Shown: one piece after another, positions 24,979 through 38,505 of the stretch
Layout of the letters: each line of letters starts with the position of its first letter
Numbering within the stretch: the first letter of the stretch is position 1
Source: Cyanophora paradoxa CCMP329
Lineage: Eukaryota; Plantae; Glaucophyta
Assembly (NCBI GenBank): GCA_004431415.1
Contig: QPMI01000648.1
Coordinates: 80,562 to 144,561 of the forward strand
Direction: 5' to 3'
DNA length: 64,000 nucleotides
The notes under the pieces: generated by a model
Databases searched by the model: none
The model's input: only the letters and a program-made list of their open reading frames with translations
Told to the model about the DNA's origin: nothing
Translations under genes and position numbers: made by a program

Positions 24979-27900
24979 ATGAGGCGCAGCTCGAAGCCGG
25001 CGTCGCAGAACTCCCTCGCGTCTCCTCCGCTGGCGCAGGTCGAGCCGCCGCGCTCCATCGGAGAGCTGCGGCGGGCCAGCCTCGGTGAGCTGCCCGCGCC
25101 CCGCCGCCCGCGTCCCGGCGTCGCCCGTTCTGCTCCGATCCCGGCCCCGACTCCCGCTCTCCGTCCTGGCCGTCGCCCTCCGTCCCTAGCGTCCCATCGC
25201 TTCTCTGTAGGCTGCGATCGCCCGCGGCTGACCTGACGGCCCGCGCCACGCCGGCAGTCTCGCGCTCGGGATCCATCTCTATGCCGGGCCAGCAGCAGCC
25301 GATGGTCGTCAACATCGAGATCGCCGACGGCCCCGGCCAGCGCTCCCCGGGGGCCCTCTCCCCCGAACGCGCCCGCGGCGTCTCGAGGGGGTGCGTGCCC
25401 CCCTTCCCCGCCCCGGCCGCCCCGCCCGCCCCGCGCCTGGTCCCCTGACCGGACGGGTACACCCCCGCAGGCCCGCGAGCGCCGGCAGCCTGGACCCCCG
25501 CACCATGCAGCGCAGCGCCGGCCCCGGGAACCAGGTCTGCCCCCCGCCCGCCCCGCCCCAGCGAGGCCCTACCCCCCTCGAATCGAATCGCGTACCCAGG
25601 GGGAGATCATGGACCGCATGCTCGCTCTCGAGCGCGAGAAGCAGGAGCTCCAGAGCAAGCTCTCCCAGTACGAGGTACCCCCCTCGGGAGGGTTCCCCGC
25701 CCCTGTACCCCCCGGGACTCAAGCCGCCGCTTCTCCCCCCCGCAGGGCCGTCTCAAGCCGCCGGGCTCCCCCGCCGGCAGCGGCAGCGAGTACTCGGGGC
25801 TCTCCTCTGGGTCCGAGGTTCGCGTAACCTCCCACTTTCGCACAAATCCTTCGGTACCCCGTGCGACCGGGGTACGCAGTACTCGCACTCGCCGGGCCCG
25901 GGGGGCCACAAGAAGGAGAAGACCGGGTTCCTGTCGCGCATCTTCGGCGGCGGCTCCGGCGGCCACAAGCACGGCCAGGGCCACGGCAAGGGCAAGGAGC
26001 CGGCGGAGTCGCCGCAGTCGTTCTCGCGCGCCTCCTCCCACCCGCCCTCCTCCGCCCCGCCGCCCTCGACGGGCCCCGGGACGGCCGGGACGACGCGGGG
26101 GCCCACCCCCGCCAGCCGCTCCTTCCACTGGGGCGGCGGGGACGAGGAGGGCAGCTCCGAGGCGCCCCCGAGGGCCCCCGCGGCCGTCACCGCCAAGCCC
26201 TGGGTCAGCTCCGCCGAGGTGCGTTCTCGATCGCTCCCGAAGAAACTCGCCCCCCGCGGACTCGAACGCGCGCCCCGCAGGTCGACAAGTACCGGCGCGA
26301 GATCGCGCGCCACCTCCCCGCCGGCATGCAGCCCATGGACGTGGGGTACGCCTTCCGCGAGGTGCGCGCTGCCGTACCCCTCCTCTCTTCCCTCCTCCTT
26401 CATGTCTGACATTGGGGTACCCCGCTCCTCCGACGATAGGCGAACAACCTGCCCCACCAGCCCGAGCTCGCGATCGCGAACGCAGCGGCGGCCGCCGCCA
26501 CCATGGCCCGGGGTACGCGTCGCTTCCCGGCCCCGCGTGAATCCCGTACCCCTCACGCGCTTTCGGCGCAGGCAACAGAGACGCGGACCCGGCGGCGATC
26601 GCTGCGGCGATCGCGGAGAGCGCGGTACCCTCCTCGGGCATGCTGAAGGGCCCTGTACCCACCCTCTCCATCGGTGACCTAATGCGGGCCCGGCCCACCA
26701 TCGCCGCCGGCGCGGCCCCGGCCACTGCCGCGGCCCCGGTTGCTCGCCCGGCATCACAGCAGTCCATCCCGGCGCCGGGCGCCGGGCGTCCGGCGCTGCA
26801 GCCGCCCTCCCAGCAGCCGCAGCCTCAGCGATCCTCGCCGCAGCATCAGCCTCAGCCTCAGCCGCAGATGCAGCCGCAAGCTGTCCGCCAGCAGCCGTCC
26901 CCGGCGGCGCCTCCGCAGCCCCAGTCGGTCGCGAGGCCTCTTGCCCCTCCGGCCCCCGCGCCCTTCTCCGCCTCCCCGCCCGCCCGCCCCTCCTCCGAGG
27001 CCGCCCCCGCCCCCGCGTCCGCCCCGCCGGCGCCGGCCCCGCTCAAGCCCCCGGCGGCCCCCGCGGCGCCGGCCTCCCGACGCTGTCGGCCGTCCCGCCG
27101 CCGCCTCCTTTGGGCCTCTCTCAGCCCCCAAGTCCCCGGGCCTCGCCATCCCGCCGGCCCCTTCCGGCGGCCTCGCCCTCCCGCCGGCTCTCTCGGGCGG
27201 CGTCCCGCCGCCCCCGCCCCGCCCGGACCCGGCGGCATCCCCGCACCGCCGCCGCCGCCCCCGGCGCTCGGCGGCGGGGGCGCGGCAAACCCAGCCGTCC
27301 CCGCCCCCAAGCGCGGCCCCTCCAAGGCGCCTTTATCTACCCCCCCACTACCCCATTCCCACTGACCTTCTCTCTAGAACCTGCGGCGGGTGCACTGGGA
27401 TCGAATCCCGCGGGACCGCCTCCAGTACACGATCTTCGCGCACGCTCCCTTCCACCAGGCGGGCGCCCCCCGCCCCCCCCCTCCACCCCGCCCAAGCTGA
27501 GATCGCGCTCTGCTCGCAGGACCCGATCTACATCGACCCCGCGGAGGTCGACGTCCACTTCGAGGTCACCAAGACCCGTCCGCCCGCCCCGCCTGCCCCG
27601 CCCCCGCCCCCGCTCTCCCTGTCGTCTGTCCTCACGGCCGGCCGCCGCGCCAGAGTCGAGGGGCGTCGGGCGCCGCGAGTCCGTCACCGGCGGCTCCGCC
27701 AAGGTGCCAAGGACCCCCCGCCCCGAGCTTTCCGCCCCCGACCCACCCCCCCGCTCGCCCCCCCGCGACAGACGAACATCATCGCGGAGAAGAAGGCCCA
27801 GCGCATCGGTGCCCCGCCCCCGCCCCCGCCCTCCGCAGCAGCCGAGGCTCCGCAGCTGAGGAGCCCTCCCCCCCGCCCCGCTGAGGCGCCAATCCCCCGC

Positions 27901-30900
27901 AGGGATCGTGCTATCGCGCTTCAAGCAGTTCTCCCGCCCCGAGCTCTCCATCGACATCGTCAAGGTCCGTTGAGGGGAGGAGGAGGAAGAGGAGAAGCGC
28001 CGGGCGGGGCGGGGCCCGACGGGCGGGGCCCGACGGGGGGGCGGGCGCGGCCGCGCAGGCGATCCTCCGCTTCGACGACTCCGACTTCGGCGAGACGCTT
28101 GGTACCCCCGCCCCGCCCCGCCCCGCCCCGATCGGGTCGACTCCGCCCCGCCCCGCTCCTCTGCTAAGGCGCCGCCCGCCCCCGCCCGCCGGCAGACGAC
28201 CGCGCGAGCACGATGCAGGCCCTCATCCGCGAGTGGTGCCACGCCTCACCCGCCCCCCGCCCCCGCCTCTAGCCGACGCGCGGGAGGAGGCGCCACGCGC
28301 CTCTCCTCCCCCGCCCCCGGCCCCTCGCCTCCAGCCGACGCGCGCTGCGCCCCGCCCCCGCCTCCCCTCTGCCTCCCCCCCGCAGGCCGACGGCAGAGGA
28401 GGAGAAGCGGCTGCTGGAGCACGAGGGGGAGATGCGCGCCCTCGAGCGCCCCGACGCCTTCTACCGCGCCGTGCGCACACGCCCGCTCAAGACAAGCTGG
28501 CTAGATGCTAGATGCGAGATGGCTGCCCGATGGAAGCTGCTGCGCCCCGTGCTTCGTGCCCCCCAACGCACCCCTCTCGCCCCGTCTGAGGGCCCGCCCG
28601 CCACCTCCCGCGCAGGCGCTGGGGGTCCCGCGCATGAAGGAGAAGGTCGCGTGCTTCCGCCGCCTCGCCACTGGAGATAAGGGTCTAGGCCTCTATCTGA
28701 GCTCCACCTGATCTCCGTCTGAGCTCAGATCGCGTGCTTCCTCTACCTCGCCACGTTCGTCACCGAGCTGGCCACCATGCGCGCCGTCCGCCCTCTCTTT
28801 CCTTGCCTCTCGACTCGACTCGCTCCCGTCGCTCAGCGGCCGCAGGGCGCGCACCTCGTCACGAGCGCCTGCCACGAGGTCATGCAGAGGCGCGCCGGTT
28901 CCCGCCCCGCCGCCTTCCGCCCTTTACCTTCGCGCAGCGGGCGGCTTGCGCGGCTCTTCGAGCTGGTGCTGGCGTACGGCAACTACCTCAACCGGGGCAC
29001 CGACAAGGGCAACACGCAGGCGCGCCCGCGCCCCCGCCCCCCTGGATCTTCGTGCACAGCAGCGAGCCCCCGAGCGCAGGGCTTCAAGGTGACGACGCTG
29101 CCGAAGCTGGTGGAGGCGAAGGCCGTCAACGCGAGCCGCGGCGTCAAGTCCCTCCTCCACCTCGTCGCCCTGGCGCGCGGGAAGACGGCCCCGCCAGCTT
29201 GCTAGAAGCCTAAGCCCAAGCCTAAGCTCAAGCTCAAGCGTGGGCCTAAGCTCAAGCTTAATTCTAAGCCTAAGCCCGATCATGAGCCTAAGCCCAAGCC
29301 CGAGCCCTAAGCTGACGTCCTCTCGGGGCGCAGGTGTGCCGGCGGGACATGCCGCTGGTGGCGGCGGTGCGGGAGGAGCTCCCCAGCCTCGCCGACGCCG
29401 TCCGTGGTGCGGTGCCCCAGGCTCGCCTCGCCTCGCCTCGCGTCCCCGTCTCTTACTCGGCCCCCGCCCCGCAGTGCCCGTGCAGACCCTCGGGGAGCAG
29501 GAGCAGGCGATGACCAAGGTCCCCCCGCCCGCCCGGCTCCGCCCGGTCGCCTTGCTGAAGGGCCGGCGGTGCGCAGGGGCTGGCGGACCTGCGGGAGGAG
29601 GCGGCCGCGTGCGCAACGGACGCCGACGCCGACATGTCCTGGGACGTCTCCGGTGCGCCCGCGCGGGGCGGGCCGGCGCGGGTCCCTCTCGTCTGCCCTC
29701 GCTCGCCCGCCCACGCCCTCCTCCCCCTCCCCGCCCGCAGGCCTCGCGCAGAGCTTCCGGCAGCAGCTCGTGGTGCGCTCGCCGCCCCCGGGTCGCGGGA
29801 GCCGATGCGAGGAAGCCGGTGCCGACTTTCGGCGCAGGAGTTCGTGCCTGCGTTCGAGGACCAGCTGGAGGCCGTCGCCGCCGAGCTCAAGCAGATGCGC
29901 GAGTCCCTCGCCGGCCTCTCCCGCTTCCTCGGCGAGGTCCGCCCCCCCCGCGTACCCCCCTCTCTGCTCTTCATTCTTCGTTCGCCGCTCCAGGACGAGC
30001 GGGCGACGCTGGACGAAACCATGGGCGTCCTCAACACGTTCCTCACCCAGTTCGAGGCGCGCGCGTACCCCCCGCGCGCTCCCCCTCCCCCCCGCTAGAT
30101 CTAATTTGCTGCTGGCCGCAGACGTGCGTGGAGGAGCTGGGCAAGGCGGAGGCGGAGCGCGCGGCGAAGGCGCAGCGCGCCGCCCAGCGCGGCGGCGAGG
30201 GTCCGTACCCCCCTCTAAAGCCCCCCCCCCCCTCCCCCCCGAAATTTGATCTTTTTTCGCAGTGGAGGTGGACAACATCGAGCATCTGATCGCGGAGAAG
30301 CGGCACGCTCAGGTACCCCCCGCCCGCTCGAATCCATGTACCCCCGGCCCACGCCGTCCCCGCGCAGGCGGTCGCGGGGGAGCCCGACGCCGTCGCCCTC
30401 GCTCTCGAGTACCAGTGCGCCTTTCCTGTACCCCCCCCCCCGTTGCCGCCCTGTACCCCCGCCCCTCCGGGCTGATCCCGCGCCGCAGGACCCTCATGGC
30501 GCAGCTGCTGCCGACCCCCCAGGTCCAGCATCCCGCGCCGGCCCGCGGAAAGCAGAGCTAGCCTCTGACTTCTCGCGCGCGCGCCAGGACCCGATGTCGG
30601 CGGTGGGTGCCGGCCTCCCAGGCGCTGCCAAGAGCAAGGGGACCGCCTCAAAGGTGCGGGGCGCCCCCGCTCGCGCCCGCGCCCGCGGCTCGCACCCGGG
30701 CCAGCTTCGTCTCACGCGCCCCGCCGGGCGCCCGCAGGGCAAGACCGCCGTCAAGCTGTGCGACGAGTGCGTCTTGTTTTGATCCCGAATCCTCTTCTAG
30801 AACCGTTAGCTGCTTTACACGGGACTCTTTTCAAAAGACCCACTTTGACTGCCCTCTCATGAGCACCGACGCCTCAGGTGCGACCCGAACCTCTGCGACC

Positions 30901-31308
30901 GCTGCCGCAAGAACCTCCAGGCGCGCCGTACCCCCCCCCCCGGGAGACGGAATTGGATCCCGGCTGACGGATCGTTCCCCCGGGCAGTCGACGAAGGATC
31001 GCCTGGAGGAACTGAAAGAGCAGGTGGCGCGGGCCGGGCCGGGGGGCGGCGGGCCCCCGCCCGCCCCGGGCGGCCCGCCCCTGCGGCCCTCCCCGCCGCC
31101 CCGAGGGCGGGCCGCCCGCCCCGCCCCCGCCCCCGCCGCCCCGCCCCCCTTTGCGCTGGGCCTCCCCGGCGGCCCCACCCCGGCCGCCCCAAGGGCCCCG
31201 CCGCCGCCCCCGGCGCCGACGGCCGGCGCCGCGCCCCCCGCCCCGGCCGGGGGCGGATCCCTCGCGGACCAGCTGGCCGCTGCCCGCGCCCGCAAGGCCA
31301 AGGCCTGA
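24979..31308 (+). CDS. Formin (FH1 + FH2) with C-terminal Cys4 motif, second Pro-rich tract and WH2-like tail (multi-exon)
   Basis: Pro-rich FH1 at about 26.7-27.3 kb. FH2 motifs LRRVHWDRIP, KKAQRIGIVLSRF, PTAEEE, VPRMKEK, LVLAYGNYLNRGTDKGNTQGFKVTTLPKL, SLLHLV. TGA at 31306-31308. Confidence 0.85.
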
Positions 31309-33535
31309 CCGCCCGCCTCCCTTAGCTTTCTGGGCCCGCTCCCGCCGGCCTCATCGATCCGGCCGTCTGCCGGCGTTCCCCTCCAATACCGATTCGTTAC
31401 GCGTACGTGCATGCTTTCAGCTTTGCTTAACATCCGCAGCCCAGCAGTAGTAGTAGTGCATTGCAAGCCTGGTCGTGATCCCTTCAGCACGTGCATTTGC
31501 GCAGTGCGGTGCTCATACTATGATAGTCGATTGCCAATTTCTTCATGATCAGCTGCATTTTGTGTGCCGCCGTCCATATGCATTGGGTTCTATAGCCAGT
31601 GCATGAAATCAGCTTTCTCGTCATTTGTGAATTTCGAATTGTGCTAAATCGATAGACTTCACGTATACGTGCATTTAGCTACATCGTGAGCGGTAGTGGT
31701 CATCAGCAGTATGATCATGTTCTTGACCAGATACACTTTGCATCGAAGTCGTGCACGTGAAAATCATGATCATGATCAAATTCGAAAGTCATGATCACAT
31801 GCATATGTACAACTGCAAAACTATTATAATTATACGAAGTCATCGAATCAATATTAATCGGATCGCGAACGTAAATGTACCGTAGTACATGTGCTACGGA
31901 TTCGAAAACCTACGATATATATCGATATCGACGACTTCGATAAAACAAGCATGCAGCTGCAGCTGGCCATGGGAGCATTGGGAGCATTCGGAGCCTCAAG
32001 ATCCTAAGGCCTCGGTTAACGTTGGGCTCGCGCGGGACGGCGCCGGCCGCCGCCGGGCTCCGATTGACATCAATCTTCGACGAATCGCACGATCCCCCCA
32101 ATGCGGATCCGGCCGCATCCTGAATCCGGATCCAAAGCTGCGCGCGGCCTCGGGCTCATGACCTGAGGAAGGAGGGCTCCTCCCCGGCGACCTCGCACAC
32201 CTCAGCCTGCGTATGGTAATTATAAGCTGAGCGCAAACTCGGATCATCGGATCAAATTGGAGTCCGCCGCCGAGTCGGCTTGGGCGCACCTCGAGCTCGT
32301 TCCAGATGTCGGCGAGGGCGGCGCCGGCGCCGGCGGATGCCCGGACTCGGCCGTCTCCGCGAACAGCACCTCGCCCGACGCGGAGGTCGCCTGCGCGCGC
32401 GGGAGGCCCGTCCACGTAAGCTAAAAAAGGCCTAGGCTAAAGACCTCAAGCTTAAGCTTTTATATGATCATGATTAGGTCCGGAGCGGCTGCGGCCCGGC
32501 GGGCTGAATACTTAAGCTTAAGCTAAGCTCAAGCTCAAGTCAAGCTTGGAGCAGGCTAAATGAATTCGAAACGCTTCAGCTTGATCACGATCCAGACGCG
32601 GCACTCGTGCACGCGCGCGCCGCGGCGGGCGCACTGCGGCACGCTGGCGATGGCGAAGAGGTCATGATCAGCGTCCTCCGAGGCTCCGCAGGCTCGCCGG
32701 AGCGCGCGGAGGTCTGCATGGCGCAGGAGAGCTCGCCCGCCTCTGCGCCCTCGGCGCCCTCGGCGGCCTCGAGCTCGATAAAAATCTGCGAGCCCTTCCG
32801 CTCAGGCATAAACTGCGCGCGCGAGCAAATTTAATGCATCCATGAGCAGCGTGACACATGCACAGCCCGAAAATTAAAGCTTGGGTTGGCAAGTGGCTCG
32901 ATCCGATGATCAGAATCGAGCTCGCGGCACGCGCGCACCCCGCCATAGGACAGCTCGTCCGGATCCGTCTCGACGTCCTCCGTCGCGTCGGCGCGCGCGC
33001 CCTTGCGCTCGAGCATGAACTGCGCGAGCACACGCGTACGTACACGCGATACACGTGGTACGCGCGCGGTCAGCGCAACGTCAACAGCTCCAAACGAAGG
33101 CAGGCGGCTCTGGATTCGAACCGTTTGAACGCACCCCGCCGCATGCCTAGGATCCGGAGAGCTCGTCGGTTTCAATATCCTCCGTCGCGTCGGCACGCGC
33201 GCCCTTGCGTTCGAGGCTTCGAGCTCGAGTCGAGCCAAACTAATTATAATTATAACTTCGGCGATGCATATGATATGAGCTCGAGCGCTCTAGGAGAACT
33301 CCGATGTGGGATCAACAATTTGATCTCCGCGGCCGGCTAACGGCCGCGGATCCGGATCGATATCCGGATTCCGGCTCGAATTTCCGGAACTCTAGATCTG
33401 GGTCCGGCGAAGAGGATATCGATGCACCCCGCTAGGGCTCGTCCCCCTCCTCTCGGGGGTACTTCGTGTGTACGGATAAGGCCGACGCGCGCGCGGGGCC
33501 GGCAGCCTAGGTCTCTGCCGCCGCCATTTTCTGAG

Positions 33536-35750
33536 ATGGAGCCGCCGGCGAAGCGCGCGAGGGGTGAGGAGTGCGTGCTCGAGCAGCTGTCGGACGCCGC
33601 GCTGGCCGTCGCGCTCGCTGGCCTCGACGTGAACGACGCCTGGCGCCTGCGCGGTGTCTCCCGCCGGCTCAAGGCGCGCCCGCCGCCTGCCACTACTCGC
33701 CTCCCGCGTGGAGAACGGACAGTGACGCCGCCGCGCAGCGGATCGTGGAGGAGAAGGAGTGGGCGCGCGTGCGGATGGAGGCGGCGCGCCCGGCCCGCCT
33801 GAAGAAGCTGGCGGCGCTGCTCCGCGACGGCTCCATGAAGCTCGACGCCGGCGCGCGGCTGGAGCTCGCGCTCGGGCACGCCGACGACGAGAAGGAGCTC
33901 CGCCGCGCCGCCGCCTCCGTCCTCGGCGCCGCCGCGCCCTTCGGCATCGCAGGGGCGGCCCTCGAGGCGCCCATGCCGCTGGAGAGCACCTTCCAGGCCG
34001 CGCTCGACGCCCTCGCCCCGGCCGCCGCCTCCCTCCGCTCCCTCTCCGTCCTCGACACGCGCCCCGCCGCCTCCGCCCGGCCCTGGGAGGCGCGCGCGCG
34101 CGCGCCGCCCCCGCAGGCGACCCCACCGCCGCCCCCGCCTCCGCGCTGAGACGCGCCGCCGCCGCCGCAGCCGGACGGGACGTACCTGAAGGCGCGCCTG
34201 TCGCGCTTCGGGGCGCTGGAGGAGCTGCGCCTCCCGCACGCCCGCCTCTCCGAGCGCGGCGCCGAGAGCCTCGCCGCCGCCTGCCCCAAGCGCGTTCCCC
34301 CCATCCAGCCCGCCCGCCCCCCTTCGAGTCCTACCAAATCTGCCGCCCCCGGGTCCCCGCTGACGCCCCGCGCAGGCTGCGACGCGCGTCGCTCGCGTTC
34401 GTGAAAGCGGCCGCCGCCGGGCCTCTCGGGCGTCTCTCGGGCCTCGAGGAGGTGGGTGCGGGAGGGTGCGAGGGGGGAGCGCCGCGGGGGTACGCGCCGA
34501 CGCGCTTTCGCCGCAGCTGGAGGCCACCCTCGGGGACGACGCAGGGCCCGCCCTGGAGCCCCTCGCCTCCGGGCCCGCCGCCTCCTCCCTCCGCGCCCTC
34601 CGCCTCCGCGGCCCGTGCGCCACCCCCCGCCACCTCGCAACCCCGTACCCCTCTACCCCTGCCTGGGCTGACCTCGGCCACCCGTCCCGTGGCAGGCCGG
34701 AGGGGCCGCAGGCGCTGGACGGGAGGGCCCTGCAGGCGATCGGGCGCCTCTCGGCCCTCGAGACTCTCGAGCTCTCCGGCCTCTGGACCGTGCGTCCGTA
34801 CCCCCCACGCCCCCGTGATAGTCCCCGTACCCCCGTCCCCCTCGAAGGCCCAAGCAGGTGTCCCGCGGGGTGTCCCCTGTGGATCTGGCGTCGATCGGAG
34901 TACCCCCCAAGCTTGCGTCCCTTTGCCTGCATCTCGGATTCGCGGACCCGCCTCAGGCCCGCCCCCGCCTCTTCTCCCCCCGGCCCCCCTCCTCCCCCCC
35001 ACCTCACGCCCCCAACACACAATCCGCATCCCACACATCCCCTCTTCGCTTATGCTCAACTCAGATTTCGGCCCTCGCGAGCGCCATTCGCACCGCCCCG
35101 GCCCTCCAATCTCTTGACCTGCTCCTCCGTACCCTGGCCCCCGCGGCGCCCAGCTGCAGCTCCTCGCCCTCCCCGCGACGCTGATGCTGTACCCCTTCCC
35201 TCAGTCCCCGGCTTCGGGTCCCAGGAAGACGTCCAGGCCCGCAGCGCCCCATACCCCCCCCCCCCCGCCCCCCAACCCCACTCATTCGACTGCACCCCCC
35301 ACCCCGCAGGCGGCGCTGCGCGAGGTGGCCTCGGCGCGCCCCGCGGCCCTCCGGCGCCTCGCGCTGCACTCCTGCCCGCCCCTTTCCCCCAATCTCGCTC
35401 AGGTACCCCCGGGCCCCCCCGCCCTCCCTTCCCCCACACCCCTCCCTCCCCCACGCTCATATGAGCCCCGCGAGGCCATCGCGGCGTGCCGCCACCTCTC
35501 CGCCCTCGAGCTCGAGGCCCGCCTCGCCTCCGAGGAGGGCCTCGAGGGGTACGCCGCCCTCGCCTCACTCCCCGCGGCCGTGCGTGCAGCCCGTCCCCCC
35601 TCTCCTCTTCTTTTTCATCCACGCTCCTCACGCACGCACGGCCAGCGGGTGCGGGTGTCGGTGGCGTGTTTGGGGGGCGGACCGCTGCGGGCGGCGGCTC
35701 GGGGGCGCCTCACCACCCTCCTCCCGCGCGCTTTAGTCCTTGTTCCCTAA
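33536..35750 (+). CDS. F-box + RNI-like LRR protein (multi-exon), related to 1905-4594
   Basis: MEPPAKRAR..LEQLSDAALAVALAGLDVNDAWRLRGVSRRLK; LRRs LRSLSV, LEELRL, LETLELSG, LQSLDL, CRHLSALEL. Confidence 0.75.
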
Positions 35751-36231
35751 GAGATCCGGATCCCAATTGAAGCAATTATAATTGATTGTCTTGATTGCCC
35801 CTGGCCCCCTGGCTTTGTATCATAGTATCGATATTATATCGATATCGTTTCAAACTCTAGATCTTGTGATCTGGCGCCGCGCAGTGGCGCGCGTTCGAAA
35901 TTCGAATTCGAAAGATTAAACAGTAGAAACCGTGACGTCGCCCAGCACGCGTATAATAGCCGTATATACAGATCATGTGACAGATGTTTTGCCAGGCTCC
36001 TATATGTGTACATGTCCCTCGAGCTCGGTCGCTGAGATAGATCTAGTCTCTCTCAATCACCTTGATCATGAGGGGCAAGTGTCACTGGCAGTAGAATTCG
36101 AAACAGACGCCGCCAGCTGCAGCGCCGGCCGATATATATCGCCGCCATAATTATTATAGGCTATATATCGGTGGCGTGCCACGGGCGCCCGGCCACGGCC
36201 CACGGCGTGGCAGTGACGGTGGCACTACGTA

Positions 36232-36572
36232 CTGTAATTCGGGTAATATTTAAGACCCCAAAATAATTAGTAATCCCGGGGTTTGGTCGGTTTAGTAGGC
36301 TGAAAATAATTAAGAGATAGCCGCGCGGAGCGCTTTAGTAGCGGCCTTTGGAAGGGGGTGGGCGCGCCAGGGGGTCTTGATCTGTTGGAGAGTCCGGAAG
36401 CCCCCTCGCACTATAGCTAGCTTCTCCCGCGCGCACTGCAACTTTGGCTGCGCGCGCGGGCTACGTACCCCCCCTCGCACCTCGGTTTAGTATACGATAA
36501 AACTTTAGTACTCAGGCCTCAAAACTTTGGTACTATAAAGATCCAGTATACTAAATATTTCCCGACTTACAG
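36232..36572. mobile_element. Tc1/mariner-type MITE (341 bp)
   Basis: TIR CTGTAATTCGGGTAATATTTA versus the reverse complement of the end, CTGTAAGTCGGGAAATATTTA (19/21); TA on both flanks. Confidence 0.85.
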
Positions 36573-36580
36573 TAGTACTA

Positions 36581-36808
36581 CTGTAGATCCACAAAGTTAT
36601 ATTAGGCGTCGCTTTTCATAGACGTTTGCCCACCCGTCGTGATAGACGTTCACAATTGCAAAGATAGACGAGCTGCGGGTCGCTCCATACAAGCGTTACT
36701 ATGGCATACCCCCTTCAGGGACAGTTAGACGGGGATTAAGTTAGACGAATGGGTGAACTCGTCTATCCGCGCCTAACTTTGTCGGCGCCTAACTTTGTGG
36801 ATTGACAG
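36581..36808. mobile_element. Tc1/mariner-type MITE (228 bp)
   Basis: TIR CTGTAGATCCACAAAGTTA / CTGTCAATCCACAAAGTTA (17/19); TA flanks. Confidence 0.85.
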
Positions 36809-36953
36809 TATAGCGCTTGGGGAAGTTGGGCGTTAACGTTAGTACTGTAGTAGTACTGTACAGTACCCAGGGTAGTACTGGCTTAATTGCCGCGTAGTTA
36901 ATGCTTAAATGCTTAAATTGCCGCGTAGTTAAATTCTTAAATGCTTAAATGTA

Positions 36954-37146
36954 CTGTAGGAATGCTTAAATTGTGGCGATAAATTGCCGAAACTCTGGAC
37001 TTCTTCTATGGCGCATTATACAAAGCTGCCGTTTAGCCCCTACCCCCTGAGAATTGCCGCGGCTCTAAATTGCCGAATTCGGCGTCTCGGCAATATACCG
37101 TTATATACGGCAATTTAAAACATCGGCTAAAAAGGCAATCCTACAG
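36954..37146. mobile_element. Tc1/mariner-type MITE (193 bp)
   Basis: TIR CTGTAGGAATGC / CTGTAGGATTGC; TA flanks; internal AATTGCCG repeats. Confidence 0.75.
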
Positions 37147-38167
37147 TACTAGTAGTAGTCTAGTACTGATATCGTTGAGTTCGACGTTCTGGGCTTTGAC
37201 TCGTTTGAGGCCCGGGCCAATCCAAACATACATTCGAAAAAGCCTGCGATTCCATTGGGCAGAAAGCGAAAGTGTGTAAAGCCAATCGTTGACATGTACG
37301 GCACCAACATTGACTCTCAGAGCCTGCAATTGCAATGTGTGACATTGATAGTAATTTCAACTTAACTGGTAATAATGGGCCGTCGCACACATTCAAGATT
37401 GCGACGTCACACGTGCACATTGCAGAGTCAATCCAGACTCGCATTGCAGAGTCTAAGCCAATGATCATCGGATGTGACGGGCACATTAATATATATGCAT
37501 ATGTCGGTACCATACTATTGTGATAATGGTATACGTATATCACGGGACATATATGAGAAAGTGTTTTTTAACGATACGACGGCTCAGGATCGTGCCGGTT
37601 CGATTAATTTATAAGAATATATATTCCGGTTCAATTTTACTGAATTTGTTATTCGACAGACAAATATATATCATGAGTAAATATATTTACAATTTTATGA
37701 TGTCAATTGATGTATATATCAGTTAATATATCGTCTAATGAATTTGACAAGCCGTCGTTGAAGGCTTGAACTTAGCCTTGAAGCCGAGAAAACGCAAAAA
37801 ATGAAATGCACCAATGAAGTAAGATAAATTCGCAAAAAAATGAAATGCACAAATCGTGTGGTGGTGTTCTAGAAAACGTTTGCAACGGTCAACTCCATCG
37901 ACCATGCATCGCCGGTCCATCGGGCATGGCCGGCCCAGTATTTTCCTGTTCTACGGCCGGAAATTAGGGGATCATTTTTCTGTTCTACGGTAGTACGTAC
38001 AGTATCGTACTGCACTGGCGCCGGCCCGAACAGAGGCCTCTACCAATCACTGCTTTGCGTAACAAAAACACGAAAACCGAACGCACAAATCGCACGCGCG
38101 CTAACACGTTTGGTTGGCATTGCCCCATTGGCAGCATGTGCCTGTATCAAAAAAACCGATGCGAAAA

Positions 38168-38291
38168 AGACTTCAACCAGTCAGACGATCGCGAGTGCAA
38201 ATTCACTGCAGAACCACTGGAAAGTTAAAGAGTCGAAAGTAAGACTTCAACCAGTCAGATGAGTGCAAATTCACTGCAGAACCACTCGAAA
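38168..38291. repeat. Imperfect tandem duplication of about 50 bp
   Basis: AAGACTTCAACCAGTCAGA...GAGTGCAAATTCACTGCAGAACCACT occurs twice. Confidence 0.85.
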
Positions 38292-38505
38292 CTCGAGAGC
38301 TCGAGTCGAGTCACTCAGGAGTCAGGAGTGACTCAGTACCGGTACCGTACTACGGTAGGGTCCGTACCGGACCGTACCGGTCCGTACGTTCTAATTTGCT
38401 ACAATACCGTAGTACGTAATTAATATTTATAAACCGTCGCGGGCCGGGCCGGCCGCGGGCGGCGCAGTCTCGCCGCCGAGTCGCCGGCAGACTACTAGTT
38501 GACTA

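Noticed and set aside
31996-33238. Possible small spliced gene on the minus strand (..DPDELSYGG.., ..LADIWNELEV..)
   Set aside because: Coding-like patches only. I could not assemble a consistent model or recognise a family.
42-35770. Many long Arg/Pro/Gly/Ala-rich ORFs in the six-frame track
   Set aside because: They arise from stop-codon scarcity in very GC-rich DNA and from antisense or intron read-through. The real genes are spliced.
37147-37990. Possible transposase remnant between MITEs
   Set aside because: Only a right-end-like CTACGG|TA is present. There is no matching left TIR and no DDE motif in any frame.
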